Below are positions 1 to 13,790 of a DNA stretch of 64,000 bases, piece after piece. Under the pieces are notes generated by a model. The model was given only the letters and a program-made list of their open reading frames with translations. It was not told where the DNA came from and searched no databases. The DNA is from Octopus vulgaris (Eukaryota), in the NCBI GenBank assembly GCA_951406725.2, contig OX597834.1, forward strand, positions 10,540,001 to 10,604,000, given 5' to 3'. The number at the start of each line of letters is the position of its first letter. Positions within the stretch are counted from its first letter, which is position 1. Made by a program: the position numbers and the translations under genes.

Positions 1-62
1 ATTACATTCAGACAATCTGCTAGACTCTTAATATAATGGAACGATATATTTAGCATAAAGTA

Positions 63-163
63 TATTTTTCCACCGTAAAGTGGCAGTCCTGATTAGGAAT
101 AATGTTACTGCCATAGCAGTAACATTCGTCCTGATCAGGACTGCCACATTTCGGAGGCAAATA
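63..163. repeat. ~100-bp imperfect palindrome/hairpin, possible MITE remnant
   Basis: GTGGCAGTCCTGAT..AATGTTACTGC-cata-GCAGTAACATT..ATCAGGACTGCCAC (core 80-147), with weaker pairing extending outward. Confidence 0.8.
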
Positions 164-1172
164 AACATTACTCTAAAGTACTGTTGTTGCATGTTTCTCG
201 TTCAGAGATTTAGAATTAATACTTTTTCTATATATATAGCTTTACCTACATAAAATGGCATGTCGCAGAGTTGCTGGTAAGAGAATGACAGATGGGGAAA
301 GGGGGTCGTCTCTGGAATAACGAAGGATAGGGGTTGCCAACGACTTATTTTGATTGTCAAATAAAGGGGAATTTAATGAAAACCCCAAAGGGAAGAGTAA
401 TATAAACTTTGGGGATTGGGAATTAGACTTGAAGGATACGGAATGTAGCAATTTATAAATCTGTATTTAGTATATTTAATTAAGAAAAATTTAATCAATA
501 TATAGAATAAGGATAGAAATTAAATTTATAACTTAATAATGGGATACTATAAATAAGAACTAATAAGACTATTCTTAAGCTAATTGAAAATATCATTAGA
601 AAATTCCATAATGAATGCTTGACTGAATTGAAATATCATATGTGTAGGAGTACATTGTATATATTAAAACAGTAACAAGAACTAGTTGCTTCACTGCAGG
701 AGGATAAGTATAAGAGATCGTAAAATATGATATCTAATGTAAGGGGTAATTGAATTAAAAGGTATACTAAATGTATAAGGGAGTACGTACGGAGGTAATA
801 TCTAAAATAATTTTGGCATGTAAACATTTAATGAATATTGCATTATCAAAAAATATATTTAAATATGGTTTCCCTTTTCCAGTAAATTATATAAAAAATA
901 GCTTATGAAAATGATTTATGAATTAAAAACACTAGGAATGTATATAAAAGGATATATAAAAATGTATAATGATGTCAAATATGAACATAAAACTTATAAA
1001 AGAAAATATGTAATTATGAATATAAAACATGAAATATAATATATTATACGGTGTGCTTTATGAAAAGAGATTCTAAACTTTTTTAAGCTATCTAAGCTAA
1101 ACAAATGTGTAGGAGGGAATATAGTTACATAAAAATGTAATAATATAAAAGATAAAAGATATTTTCCTAACA

Positions 1173-1585
<413 letters not shown>

Positions 1586-1782
1586 TACTAATATAGGATG
1601 AAGTTTTTTTCCCTGCAGAAAAAAATTCCATCAAGAAATGTGGCAGCATATTAAAATACCTTTACGGTTAAAATTATAAAATTATAAGTCGTATATATAT
1701 TTCTTTACAGAATGATATAAAAGGTGTTCCTTAGAGAACTATTCCGCACTAACAAGGTGCCTCAAGTACCCAATTTAACTGG

Positions 1783-1849
<67 letters not shown>

Positions 1850-1852
1850 AAA

Positions 1853-1886
<34 letters not shown>

Positions 1887-1940
1887 ATCTATCTATCTAT
1901 CTATCTATCTAGCTCTCTCTGTATTTATCTATCTATCTAT
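1783..1940. repeat. (ATCT)n microsatellite
   Basis: Seen directly. Confidence 0.95.
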
Positions 1941-2657
1941 CTGTATATATGCATATATATATGTATATATGTATATCTCTGTATCTCTCTCTCTATATGT
2001 GTGTTTGTGTGTGTGTATATATATATGTATTATATGTATGCGTGTATATACATTTATGCATACACGCATATACAGAGATATTTATATAAAAACAAGTAGA
2101 TGCATATACATACATACACATATATCATAAAAGAAATTCCCCAAACATCAACATCAACAACACATATGATCGATTTCATTGTCACATATTTCTTGAAGTA
2201 TTTCAAAATTACATCACACACACGTACTTCACCTAATGCAGAACAGAACCGCTAATATTCCAGAAATAATCGGCCATATTTTGTTTCGCTATAAATGATT
2301 ATTTCACTATCACGGTCTGTTAAACACAAAACAAAGAAAAAAAATTTCTTCCGATATTTGCTTTCAAAACACAGATTTTAAAGAATTTATTTGCTATCTA
2401 CTTCTATCGAATCGCATTTTTTCTTTGTACAAATAGAATTGTAACTTAGCTGTCTACGAGTTGACCTCGTCGCAAGGTAGAATTCAGGATGCTATTTGTC
2501 TCATTTTTGATATCAAATATTTTCACAAATTAGTGTTTCATTCCTGGAAAATGGTTGAACGTTATGTAATTGCCATAACGTAACAGATAAATGCATGGCC
2601 CTATGAATAATGCATAAAAATAGATGCTTACAAGAAGCTAAATTCCACATATATACA

Positions 2658-2732
<75 letters not shown>

Positions 2733-3019
2733 GTATATATATATTCATTTTACTAGGTGATGTATATTGTAGCTTGGATATATTTTCGATATTAATGGCG
2801 TTCTGAATTCAGGTGAGGCCACTTAGCATAGATTCGCTCAGCGTCAGAAAAACTGGAAACAATTTGAACATTTAGCATTTTCTCCAGAGTTATAGGTATG
2901 TTGTAAATGGTTGATCCTTAAAGGAATAAATTTACACCTAAATACTTGAACAACTAAAATATTCTTAGTCCATCTCAACTTTCTCATTACATCAAACTCT
3001 CTCTCTCTCTCTTTGTATA

Positions 3020-3077
<58 letters not shown>

Positions 3078-3694
3078 AATATATATCACACATACACACA
3101 TACACATACATATAATGCACCAAAGCGTGTGTTCGGTATAATGTGGATTTCATTACGAGAAATTTTAGATCTCTTCAAATTGTGATCGTGTGACCAGTAT
3201 GGAATCACTACACATTAAAGCAATATAAGGAAAAATAATACATATTAACTATAATTTATGCCTAAAAATGAAGAAAAAACAATAAACTGATTTGCTTCCG
3301 CTTCTTTAGTAGTGTTATTTGACTCACGTTTCTGGTGTAAAGTCATACGTTTATATGCATAGTTATCCGTATATAACGTGTATGTATATATATATATATA
3401 TATATATATAGATAGATAGATAGCGAGAGAGAGAGAGAGAGATTGATAAACAGATAGACAGATTAATATATCTATACATATATATATGTGATGTGCGTAT
3501 GTGTATGTATATACGTGCATTTATGTATATATATGTATATATATATATATACATAGGTATATTTATGTATGTATATATTTGTAAAGAAATATTTAATGTA
3601 TATATAAATACACACACACATATATATATATAAATGCATACTTATATGTATATGTGTATATATATATATATATCATATATATGGATCTATATGT

Positions 3695-3735
<41 letters not shown>

Positions 3736-3758
3736 TAGATGCATTTGAAGGTAGATAC

Positions 3759-3820
<62 letters not shown>

Positions 3821-4163
3821 GGGGAGAGATCAATTGAGTGTGAAAGAGCGAAATATAAATGAAAGTATTTTCAGGAGAATTAAAAGAGAGAATATAATGG
3901 AAGTTATAAAATATACCACAAAGAAATTTTCGATGAAATGCAAAACGCATGTGTATACCCATAACTATGGTTACACATGTGGTTGCGTGCGCATGTTTTA
4001 TTGGACGTGCTTTCATACACACACTCACAAAATTAGATTCATAGGCGCACACATATACGCTCTCATATGCACAGTTAAACATATATATGCGTAATAAATA
4101 TGAAGATATATATATATATGTAAATATGTAAAGAATAAAAGAAAATTAACGTGCAGCAATAAT

Positions 4164-4199
<36 letters not shown>

Positions 4200-4247
4200 C
4201 ATCTGTGTGTATGTCTTTGCGTGTTTGTGTGTATTAATGCATATGCA

Positions 4248-4285
<38 letters not shown>

Positions 4286-4422
4286 TAAGAACGTGTATGA
4301 TTGCATTTGCGCAATTGTGACTTTGTGAGTACGTATTTGGTTATATAATATTGCAGTGATGTATATACACACGCATGCTTACGGTTGTATAAATGTACAC
4401 ATGCATGTTCACACATATATAT

Positions 4423-4469
<47 letters not shown>

Positions 4470-4473
4470 TATA

Positions 4474-4509
<36 letters not shown>

Positions 4510-5790
4510 ATATATATATATAATATATATACGCATTTATATGTCTATTTGCTTATGAATATGTATATGTGTGTATATACCTCTCTCTCCTTCTGTATAT
4601 ATATGTATATATATTTATATATACGTATATATATATACACCTACACACACACATATATATATGTACATATATATACGCATACATACATATAAATGCATAT
4701 GCATGCTTATATGTACACACACATATATATACATTCCTACATACATATATACATAAATATATACGTACGTGCGCACAAATAGACCTTCAAATATATCCAC
4801 TACACACATCTACGCGAGCGTTCGTGCATGTGAGTATTGATACGTGATAGAGTGTTCGTGTATGTATGTCTGTGATTCTCAATGTAGGTCACAATTTTAT
4901 CTGCGCTTTCGAAGGTATACGAGAAACTTCAAAGGAGTGAAACAATAATGTGTTCGCAGGGGGATTTCCGAATCCAGCATGATTATATATTAACATCGCT
5001 TCAATAAGTTTATAACGCTAGAACTTCAAGTTATATTGAAATATATTTTAAGATCAACATCTTTGAATGTTACCGCATGCATTTTATACTGATGTTTTTA
5101 TTCTTCTATATTCGCAAAATTTTCACGCATACTCATATATGGAAAGGGAACTTTCATACAAATACATACACATTTCCAATAGAGCTTCATACAATGACAT
5201 ACAGCTCTGACAAAGACGCATGTACATAAAGAAAGAGAGAATCATGAAAATTCACTCATGAAAGCATAATGCATGCTTTTGCAGTTATACTCTTGTGTAA
5301 TATACACTAATAATAATATGTAATACTAATAAAATTAATAATAATAATGAGGCCATTTTTATTGCCTCAAAGGCGACAAATGGAGATTATTGATAATGAT
5401 AAAAAAAAAGTAATAATAATAGTGGCTCTTTTATTGTCCACAAGGGCAACAATGAAGTAACGTTACACGTAAATATTGCAAATAGCATAGGGTTTTAGAT
5501 ACAAGGAAACTGGCATGAGATATTAGTATGCAATATAATGAAAGGACCCTAATAATGAGATACTGCACCCTGATATTTCTACTTCTGAATCGAACAAAAT
5601 GCAGAATAACCCAATTGCCAAGTGCTCGTATTTCCAACCTGCTCAGTTGTAAGGCGTTCATGGACCCATTCGCTACAGCCATACTATTCGCTACTGCTGA
5701 ACTTGCATCGATTTATCAAAATAGCTACACTTTCCTCGTACTTCACACCTTTCTCACCTAGTAATATTTATATGTGTGGCTAAGAGTTAA

Positions 5791-6010
5791 CCCTTTCATT
5801 ACCGTATTTATTTTGAGATGCCCTATGATTCTTTCAATTATTTTAAATATAACAAATAATTTAGAAAAATATCTTAGTTATCATTAAGCTAGTGTTAGGA
5901 AGATAAATTGTGACTAAGGTGTGATGGAAAATTTTAATTCAAAACTTATGAAACAAGACATTTTCACTACAGAGCCAGAAGCAGTTTCAGCTTGGTTGGT
6001 AACGAAAGGG
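5791..6010. mobile_element. piggyBac-type MITE (220 bp)
   Basis: TTAA on both sides (5787-5790, 6011-6014); TIRs CCCTTTCATTACC / GGTAACGAAAGGG match at 12 of 13 positions. Confidence 0.85.
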
Positions 6011-6090
6011 TTAAACTTCAGAAAACTGCTTTATTGGTAGACGTCAAGTTACCCTTATTCTTTGCATATTTACATATATTTCCATATTGA

Positions 6091-6390
6091 TTACATCGGC
6101 ACAGAGACTTGGGAGACACTTGCTGCCGACCGCTCATCCTGGCGCAGCGCAATCACCACAGGAGCAAAGACAGCCGAGGAGAGATGGATTCAGTCAGCAC
6201 AACAGAATCGCCAGATGCGGAAAGCCAGAGCTACCTGCACCAATAGCACAGCCCCTACCCACTTCTGCCCCACCTGTGGGAGGGGCTTTCTTGCCCGGAA
6301 TGGCCTCACCAGCCACCTCCGGTCTCATAGCAGCAATTCCACCAAATGATGTCAATGGTCATCTTCGAACCCGAAGGACGAACATTATTA
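6091..6390 (+). mobile_element. 5'-truncated RTE-clade LINE (ORF C-terminus plus 3' UTR)
   Basis: WETLAADRSSWRSAI...CPTCGRGFLARNGLTSHLRSH matches the typical RTE C-terminal W..LA.DR..WR motif and zinc finger; short (ATT)n tail; possible TSD ATTACATC at 6090-6097 and 6390-6397. Confidence 0.85.
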
Positions 6391-7453
6391 TTACATCTAT
6401 ATATGTTACTTTTTCTAACACACACACACACATATACGAAACATGTATAAGCATTTATGTATATTAAATATTTGCATATGTTCCACCATTATAGCCCATA
6501 ACTAGATATTAGTTTCCACACATAATGCAGACCTATGCTGAATACTGGGTCATGTAATTTTACCCGTTATCATTACACAATCCTACAATCATTTTAATTA
6601 TTTAAACCATTAACATTATTTTTGGTATAAAGCCTGTCGACAACGCCTGTCATTAATTTCTATGACGCGTTTTGTTTTTCATTTAATTTATATTTTTCGA
6701 ATTCATTGCCCTTGCTGTAAAAGCAACGCATTTTATATAGTTCTGAATTTTTTGTCATCAGATTATGTCACGATAAACTGGCTCAGTTCGAAATGATGAA
6801 ATTATGTCCAAACTAGGACGCATCTTTACTAACCTAGCAGTCCACACAGATATGTAAATATTCCTTCAAAAAATGTGAAGAAGTTTTTTCTTTCCTTGTA
6901 TAGAATACATTAGGTATATAGAAGCAAAGGTAGAAATTGAAATACAATTATAATAAAGATATGAATTTATGAATAAATAATATTTATACACGTCCATAAA
7001 CGCTTAGAAAGATTGTTAAAAAATGATTGATCATCAAGCGATAAATAACGCCATTTTACAATATTCCCTTACACTACAAGTAATCAAATGTCAATATGCC
7101 AGCAAGAATAGTTTAAAAATTATTAACATAAACACAAAAACTACACAAACATTAACACATATATAAAAATACAAGGCTATGTATGTGTGAACGTATACAT
7201 ACGCATGCCTGTGTATGTCTGTATGAATGTAGATAATCAGTACATAGATTTACATTTATAAATATATGCATATTCAAAGACAGACAGACACACACACACA
7301 CACACTTATACATGCATATGCACTCATACTTACATACCTACACATACATACATATATATATATATAAATTATATATATATATACATATCTGTTTGTGTTT
7401 GTTTATAGCTTGTGTCTGTGTTTATAGTAGAGGATAATAGGTATATAATCATA

Positions 7454-7541
<88 letters not shown>

Positions 7542-7609
7542 GTACATATATATATATAAAGTATATATTGTATATTATACACACACACACATATATATAT
7601 ATATATGTA

Positions 7610-7674
<65 letters not shown>

Positions 7675-8101
7675 AGAGAATATATACCTACTATACTATT
7701 TTATAAACACATGCGTACGCGTATCAATTCAGAATATTGTCAACTTCAATTTGCAGTCTATTTCTGAAAATATATGGCTTTGATTAATCCTTTAACATTA
7801 GAAATTTTCGAGCAAAGATTATGAATAGAATATTTAGAAGTGACTTCTCATTGTATATAAAAGTGCCTTGCCACACAGGCAGAGTCGTTATTGTTGTATG
7901 TGTATAAATATGGGCGATTATGGGGCGTTTCTGAGAGTGTATATGATCCTCTGTAAATATGTGTGCATTTGTGTATGAATTGTACTTTTATTCTGAACGA
8001 TAGCACGCAAAATGGTGTTTCAATTGTGAGCGATCTTGTATGTTTTATGTATGGCTCAGGATATTTCTATGGATATATGTATGTATGTATGTATGTATGT
8101 A

Positions 8102-8505
8102 TACTTTTTTTACTCTTTTACTTGTTTCAGTCATTTGACTGCGGCCATGCTGGAGCACCGCCTTTAATCGAGCAACTCGACACGGGACTTATTCTTTGTA
8201 AGCCCAGTACTTATTCTATCGGTCTCTTTTGCCGAACCGCTAAATTCACGGGGACATAAACACACCAGCATCAGTTGTCAAGCAATGCTAGGGGGACAAG
8301 CACAGACACACAAATACACATATATATACATATATACGACGGGCTTCTTTCAGTTTCCGTCTACCAAATCCACTCACAAGGCTTTGGTCAGCCCGAGGAT
8401 ATAGTAGAATACACTTGCTCCACCAAGGTGCCACACAGTGGGACTGAACCCGGAACCATGTGGTTGGTAAGCAAGCTACTTATCACACAGCCATTCCTGC
8501 GCCTA
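8102..8505 (-). mobile_element. tRNA-derived SINE family A, full length
   Basis: Head TAGGCGCAGGA.TGGCTGTG..GGTTCAGTCCC (A/B-box-like), central microsatellite, (AAAAGAGT)n tail; about 10 copies in the window. Confidence 0.9.
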
Positions 8506-9358
8506 TGTATTTATGTTTTTATCTATATATCTGCTTCCCTATATCTACATAACAAAAATACGGATGAAGAAAATCATATCTTTAACTGTTGAATTCACCA
8601 TACAAAGCCGGCGGTCGTTTTTCGCGTATCGATGAATTTAGATACAGAAAATATCATTCAAATTAATATATTTAGGCAACCTAAAATTAGTTAAATTCAA
8701 AGTTGACGATGAAAATACCTGCAGTACATGAACGTATACATGAAGAACGTGAAGGACAAAATTGAGACTGAGAGCTTAATTCATATCTTCCAGTAGTCTT
8801 TATTCCTTTTTATATATGAAGAGAGAGAGAGAGTGGGGAGGAGAGAGAAACAGAGGGTGTTTAGTCCAGATATAAGTATGATCAGAAGTACTGAATGCTA
8901 TGATAGAAAGATATCTTCTAATATACACAATTGCATAAAATATATTAATATTTTCACTATTTGAGATACATTAAATTGTTTGATAAGAAAATGAAGATCT
9001 TCATACTCTTTGAATGTAGAAATCATACTTAATGTATCTGGTGAAAAATAATATGGCAGAAACACAATGGTGGAAAATGTCTGCGAGTCAGCCGCTGAAT
9101 CCCGGTCGACAAAGGTAACATGTACGTGTGTTCACATTTGCTAAAGATTTCGTATCTGGAGTTCAGTAGGGTCGTGGTGTTCTTTGACGTGATACTATGT
9201 GCGATCTTACTGCTGGACATAACTTACTTCTCTTTGATGTATTAATATATGGCATATGCTTCTACACGATTGATCAGTCCATTACTGGCACGCACATGCA
9301 CATGCATGTACTTTATGTTTATATACATATAGGTAACTACAAATACACACACACATAC

Positions 9359-9410
<52 letters not shown>

Positions 9411-9481
9411 TTATATATGTATATATAAATATGTATATAGGTATGTATATATATATGTATGTATATATATGTATATATATG

Positions 9482-9522
<41 letters not shown>

Positions 9523-9799
9523 ATATATTTACATACATATATTGATATATATGTATGTATAAAATTACTGGTATATATTAATATATTTTATATGTAAAGC
9601 ATAATGTTATATATGAAGGTATATCTTGTAATTGTCAATTTAGTAATTAAATAAATAATTTGACGTAATATAATATCTAAAAGTTGATGAACCACCCATT
9701 GATCCCCTCCATTTTCTTATTTCCCTATATGTATATGTACGTATATAACAAGAATGTATAGTGGTTGTTTAGGCTTTGAGAGGTACAGATTAAAATATT

Positions 9800-10150
9800 A
9801 GAGAATTTGGATGGGGTTCCGATGGAGGGAGCATGCTGAGAGTGTTTGCTGCTATTTGTGTACATGGTTTGCGGGAGTTGGTGGTGTTGAGTCGTGCACT
9901 CCTGGTCAGCCATCAAAGATTTCGCAGGAATCCAACTATGATAAGACGTTATGTGGCTACTAAAATTCACAACAGAACTTGTATAAAATGTGGAAGGATG
10001 TGCCTCTGAGCTGGAGGCCTGAAAAGACATGTTAGGTGAGAGCATATAATGGCAACTATTTCTCCAGCCAGCCAGTCAGCACAGCTGTGCGATATGTAAT
10101 AAAATATGTAAAACTTTGGCGGAGCTTAAAAAGCCATATATGCGCATTAT
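9800..10150 (+). pseudogene. Decayed C2H2-type zinc-finger pair (old LINE C-terminus or ZF pseudogene)
   Basis: 9980-10037 reads CIKCGRMCL*AGGLKRHVR; 10086-10145 reads CAICNKICKTLAELK followed by a frameshifted SH..R. Confidence 0.45.
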
Positions 10151-10361
10151 ATGTCATCAGTATTCAACCATTTCAGTAAGTCTTTTGGCAATGGCTTCTC
10201 TTGTATGCAACTATGAGATACCTACCTACATACATACATATATATACACACACACACATATATATATATAAACATATATATGTATGTATATACATATATA
10301 TAAACATATATATGTGTGTATATATGTGTATGTGCATATGTGCATATAATTATATACTTAA

Positions 10362-10458
<97 letters not shown>

Positions 10459-10892
10459 TGTATACATCACTAAGCCGAATAGCTATGGTTTCTTATCATA
10501 AAGATACTTGAAGAGAGATAATTCCCCCAAAAAGATCTGGTATCTCGTAAGATAAAGAATACGAATTTGGAAAGATCTCAGCACGTGGTTTTCGTATCGA
10601 AATCCTGCATATGCATCGCATTCCCAAAATAAAGAAATATATTCGGTAGATGTACATAAATCTTTATTTTTCCTTAATAATCCCAGTTTCCATATTTTCT
10701 ATAATATCAGGAGAGAAATCTTACATGTAAGACGTTCCACGTAGTGAAGACGAAGTTACAACTGGAATTAGAGTCAATGTTTCCAGATCTGTAATTGCCT
10801 TGTGTCTGGTCGTGGTGAGAGTTTTGCAAGGGAGAGAATCAATTTTTGTCTTTTGGCATATAAGGGGATAAGGGAAAAAAATTATTGATCAC

Positions 10893-10902
10893 CATAGTAG
10901 TA

Positions 10903-10942
<40 letters not shown>

Positions 10943-11252
10943 CAGCAGCAGCAGTAGTAGCAATAGTAGTAGTAGTAGTAGTATTAGAAGTAGTAGTAGC
11001 ACTAGTAGTAGTAGTAGTAGTAGTAGTAGTAGAAGAAGTAGTAGTAGTATTAGTAGTAGTAGTAGTAGTAGTAGAAGTAGTAGTAGCACTAGTAGTAGTA
11101 ATTGTAGTAGTAGTAGTAGAAGTAGTAGTAGTTGTAGTAGAAGTAGAAGTAGTAGTAGCACTAGTAGTAGTAATAGTAGTAGTAGTAGAAGTAGAAGTAG
11201 TAGTACAAGTAGTAGTAGTAGCAGTAGTAGTAGTAGTAGTAGTAGTAGTAGC

Positions 11253-11286
<34 letters not shown>

Positions 11287-11515
11287 AGTGGTAGTAATGA
11301 TGCTGGTGATACTGATGGTTTTGTTGACGTTGATGGTAGTCTTGGTGCTAGCGGTGAGTTGATGGTGGTAGATGCGATGGTGATCTTGGTGTTGGTGGTG
11401 GTTTTCATGGTTGTGGAGAGATGGTAGTCTTGATGTTTTTAGCAGTGCTGGTGCTGCTGGTGGAGCCGGCCATGGTAGTGGCGGGTTTGGGTTGCTGCTG
11501 TATGTCGCTTGTAGC

Positions 11516-11566
<51 letters not shown>

Positions 11567-11607
11567 AAATGGCAGCAGCAGCAGCAGTGTAATTATTATT
11601 AATTATT

Positions 11608-11704
<97 letters not shown>

Positions 11705-11735
11705 ATGGTGGTGGTGGTGGTGGTGGTGGTGGTTG
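10893..11735. repeat. Compound (AGT)n/(GGT)n/(ATT)n trinucleotide microsatellite
   Basis: Seen directly; source of the poly-T, poly-V and poly-L ORFs. Confidence 0.95.
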
Positions 11736-12250
11736 CAGTGGTGAAGATTATGATGATGTGTTTTTGATCTGTTGTTACACCATGGAATCTGATTCTGACA
11801 AGCTACCAATGAAGGTTTCTGAGGAATTACGTCAGATGGCGTTGGCAATAAAACAGTAGCAGTCGCTTGTTTTCTCGCTGCCAGTGTGTTGAGATAGATA
11901 ACGATTTGTTAGAACAACGGGGTCAAATGATTCTCTGCCGCACTCGTTGACCAATGCTATCTACTTTTTGTTCTTGTGTTTACACGGAAGATAGAATAAT
12001 TTCCTGATTTCATAGTTCGATTTGTGTCTCTTTTCAGCTGGAAGATATTAAATCGCGTCTTGCATGAATCTGTACACTATGAATTTAGTCTCTGTGCAAT
12101 GAAGGTTCAAAGTGTTAAAGTGCTTATCAGCCTGCTTGTTAGCTAGGCAAACTTTTCCTTGGTTGTATGTAATGAATGCAAACAAAAGATGAGCTAAGAA
12201 CGATAACTCAGAGTGACCAGTGACATGGATCTCAACAACGTGGTAAACTA

Positions 12251-12480
12251 GGCGGCGAGCTGGCAGAAACGTTAGCACGCCGGGCGAAATGCTTAGCGGT
12301 ATTTCGTCTGCGTTACGTTGTGAGTTCAAATTCCGCCCAGGTCGACTTTGCCTTTCATCCTTTCGGGGTCGATAAATTAAGTACCAGTTACGCACTGGAT
12401 TCGATGTAATCGACTTAATACCTATGTCTGTCCTTGTTTGTCCGCTCTGTGTTTAGCCCCTTGTGGGTAATAAAAAAATA
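12251..12480 (+). mobile_element. SINE family B, full length
   Basis: GGCGGCGAGCTGGCAGAAACG head; GAGTTCAAATTCC B-box; GCCTTTCATCCTTTCGGGGTCGATAAA central domain (Meta-domain-like, from memory); TSD GGTAAACTAGGC at 12242 and 12481. Confidence 0.9.
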
Positions 12481-12970
12481 GGTAAACTAGGCATATATCA
12501 AATATCATATAGTGAAAGCGTATGACTTAGTGGTTAGGGTTTTACGCTCAGGATCGTAAAATTGTAGATTGGCTAACATTACTTAAATTTCAAAGCTTTA
12601 GATTTTTTAATCAGATTCTTTAATTTACGAGAGAAAGTAGTTGGTTGATCGTAATCAAAATTCAGAGTTGCATCGATACACCAAAACTGAAAGCAATCTG
12701 AGCAAAAGTAGAGGGGGCTCATTTTGTGAATGAATCTAACCAGATCCGATTTTAGCTTCGATTCCTGGACAAGCGATGCATTGCGTTCTTGATCTTGAGC
12801 ATAAAACTTCATTTTACGACGTTGTATACACATTGCTTCATATTTTAGCACAAGGCCAGTAATTTTGAGAAGAGGGACGCACGTCGATGATACGCACCCG
12901 AGTGAATAACTAGCATATTTATTTTGTAGATTGTGAGAGTATAAAAAGCAAAGTTGACCTCAGTGGCATA

Positions 12971-13490
12971 TCTATATATATAAAACTGTAGTTGTGTGAG
13001 TGTCTGTCCCCTTCGATTTAGATTCCTAACTACTCCCACATTTTGCGGTGCAGTTTAACCAAATTCGGGTATCTTATAGTCGTGATTCATATCGAGCCTG
13101 CCTGAGTATTAGCGCCGCGCGTCTACAATGTGTCTACGATTTTAAAAATAATTTAACATAATTTTTTATTCCATTTTAATGCATAATTTTTCGTGTGTCG
13201 ATGGCAGCGGAGTTGGCGTCCACGCTCAAACACCTGCACCTGTGTTTACTTCTCCCCCTTCTTCCCTCCCTCGTGAAGCTGTGGAGAAGGGAGTGTAATG
13301 AAATCAACGTCGTAATGCGTTGTCAAGGAGACCAGCGTTCTTTTAGAACAACGACTTCATGGCTTGAAGACACCAAAACAGAAATGGCTAAGAAAGCCCG
13401 AATTGGCATCTATAAGGGAAGTAACTCTCTAAAAATGCTCATATAGTTATTTCCCTTACAAACCCGAGCAACGCCGGGCGATACTGCTAG
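12971..13490 (+). mobile_element. Non-autonomous Helitron, variant 1 (with ~220-bp cargo)
   Basis: Starts TC after a host A; ends CCCGAGCAACGCCGGG hairpin + CGATACTGCTAG; no TSD. Confidence 0.85.
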
Positions 13491-13790
13491 TCTTTATATA
13501 TAAAAGTGAAGTTGTGTGTGTGTCTTCTAAGATTTAGATTCCTAACTACTCCCACATTGTGCGGTGCAGTTTATCCAAAAGCGGGTATCTTATAGTCGTG
13601 ATACATACCGAGCCCTTCTGGGTATTAGCGCGCGTCTACGATGAGTCTACGATATAAAAAAATAATTTACCATCATTTTTTCCCATTTTTAATGCACTTT
13701 TTTGCTATTATATAAGGGAAGTAACTCTCTAAAAATGCTTGTATAGTTATTTTCCTTACAAACCCGAGCAACGCTGGGCGATACTGCTAG
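13491..13790 (+). mobile_element. Non-autonomous Helitron, variant 2 (no cargo), head-to-tail with the previous copy
   Basis: TC start immediately after CTAG; same 3' hairpin and CTAG, followed by host T. Confidence 0.85.

Noticed and set aside
8275-8592. Recurrent MSSNARG..YQIHSQGFGRPEA ORFs
   Set aside because: Antisense translations of SINE A copies
10839-11408. Mucin-like poly-Thr ORF
   Set aside because: (ACT)n microsatellite; an equivalent tract occurs at 29101-29610
12579-12851. 90-aa non-repetitive ORF as a possible exon
   Set aside because: No recognisable domain and no convincing splice context; needs BLASTX or RNA-seq
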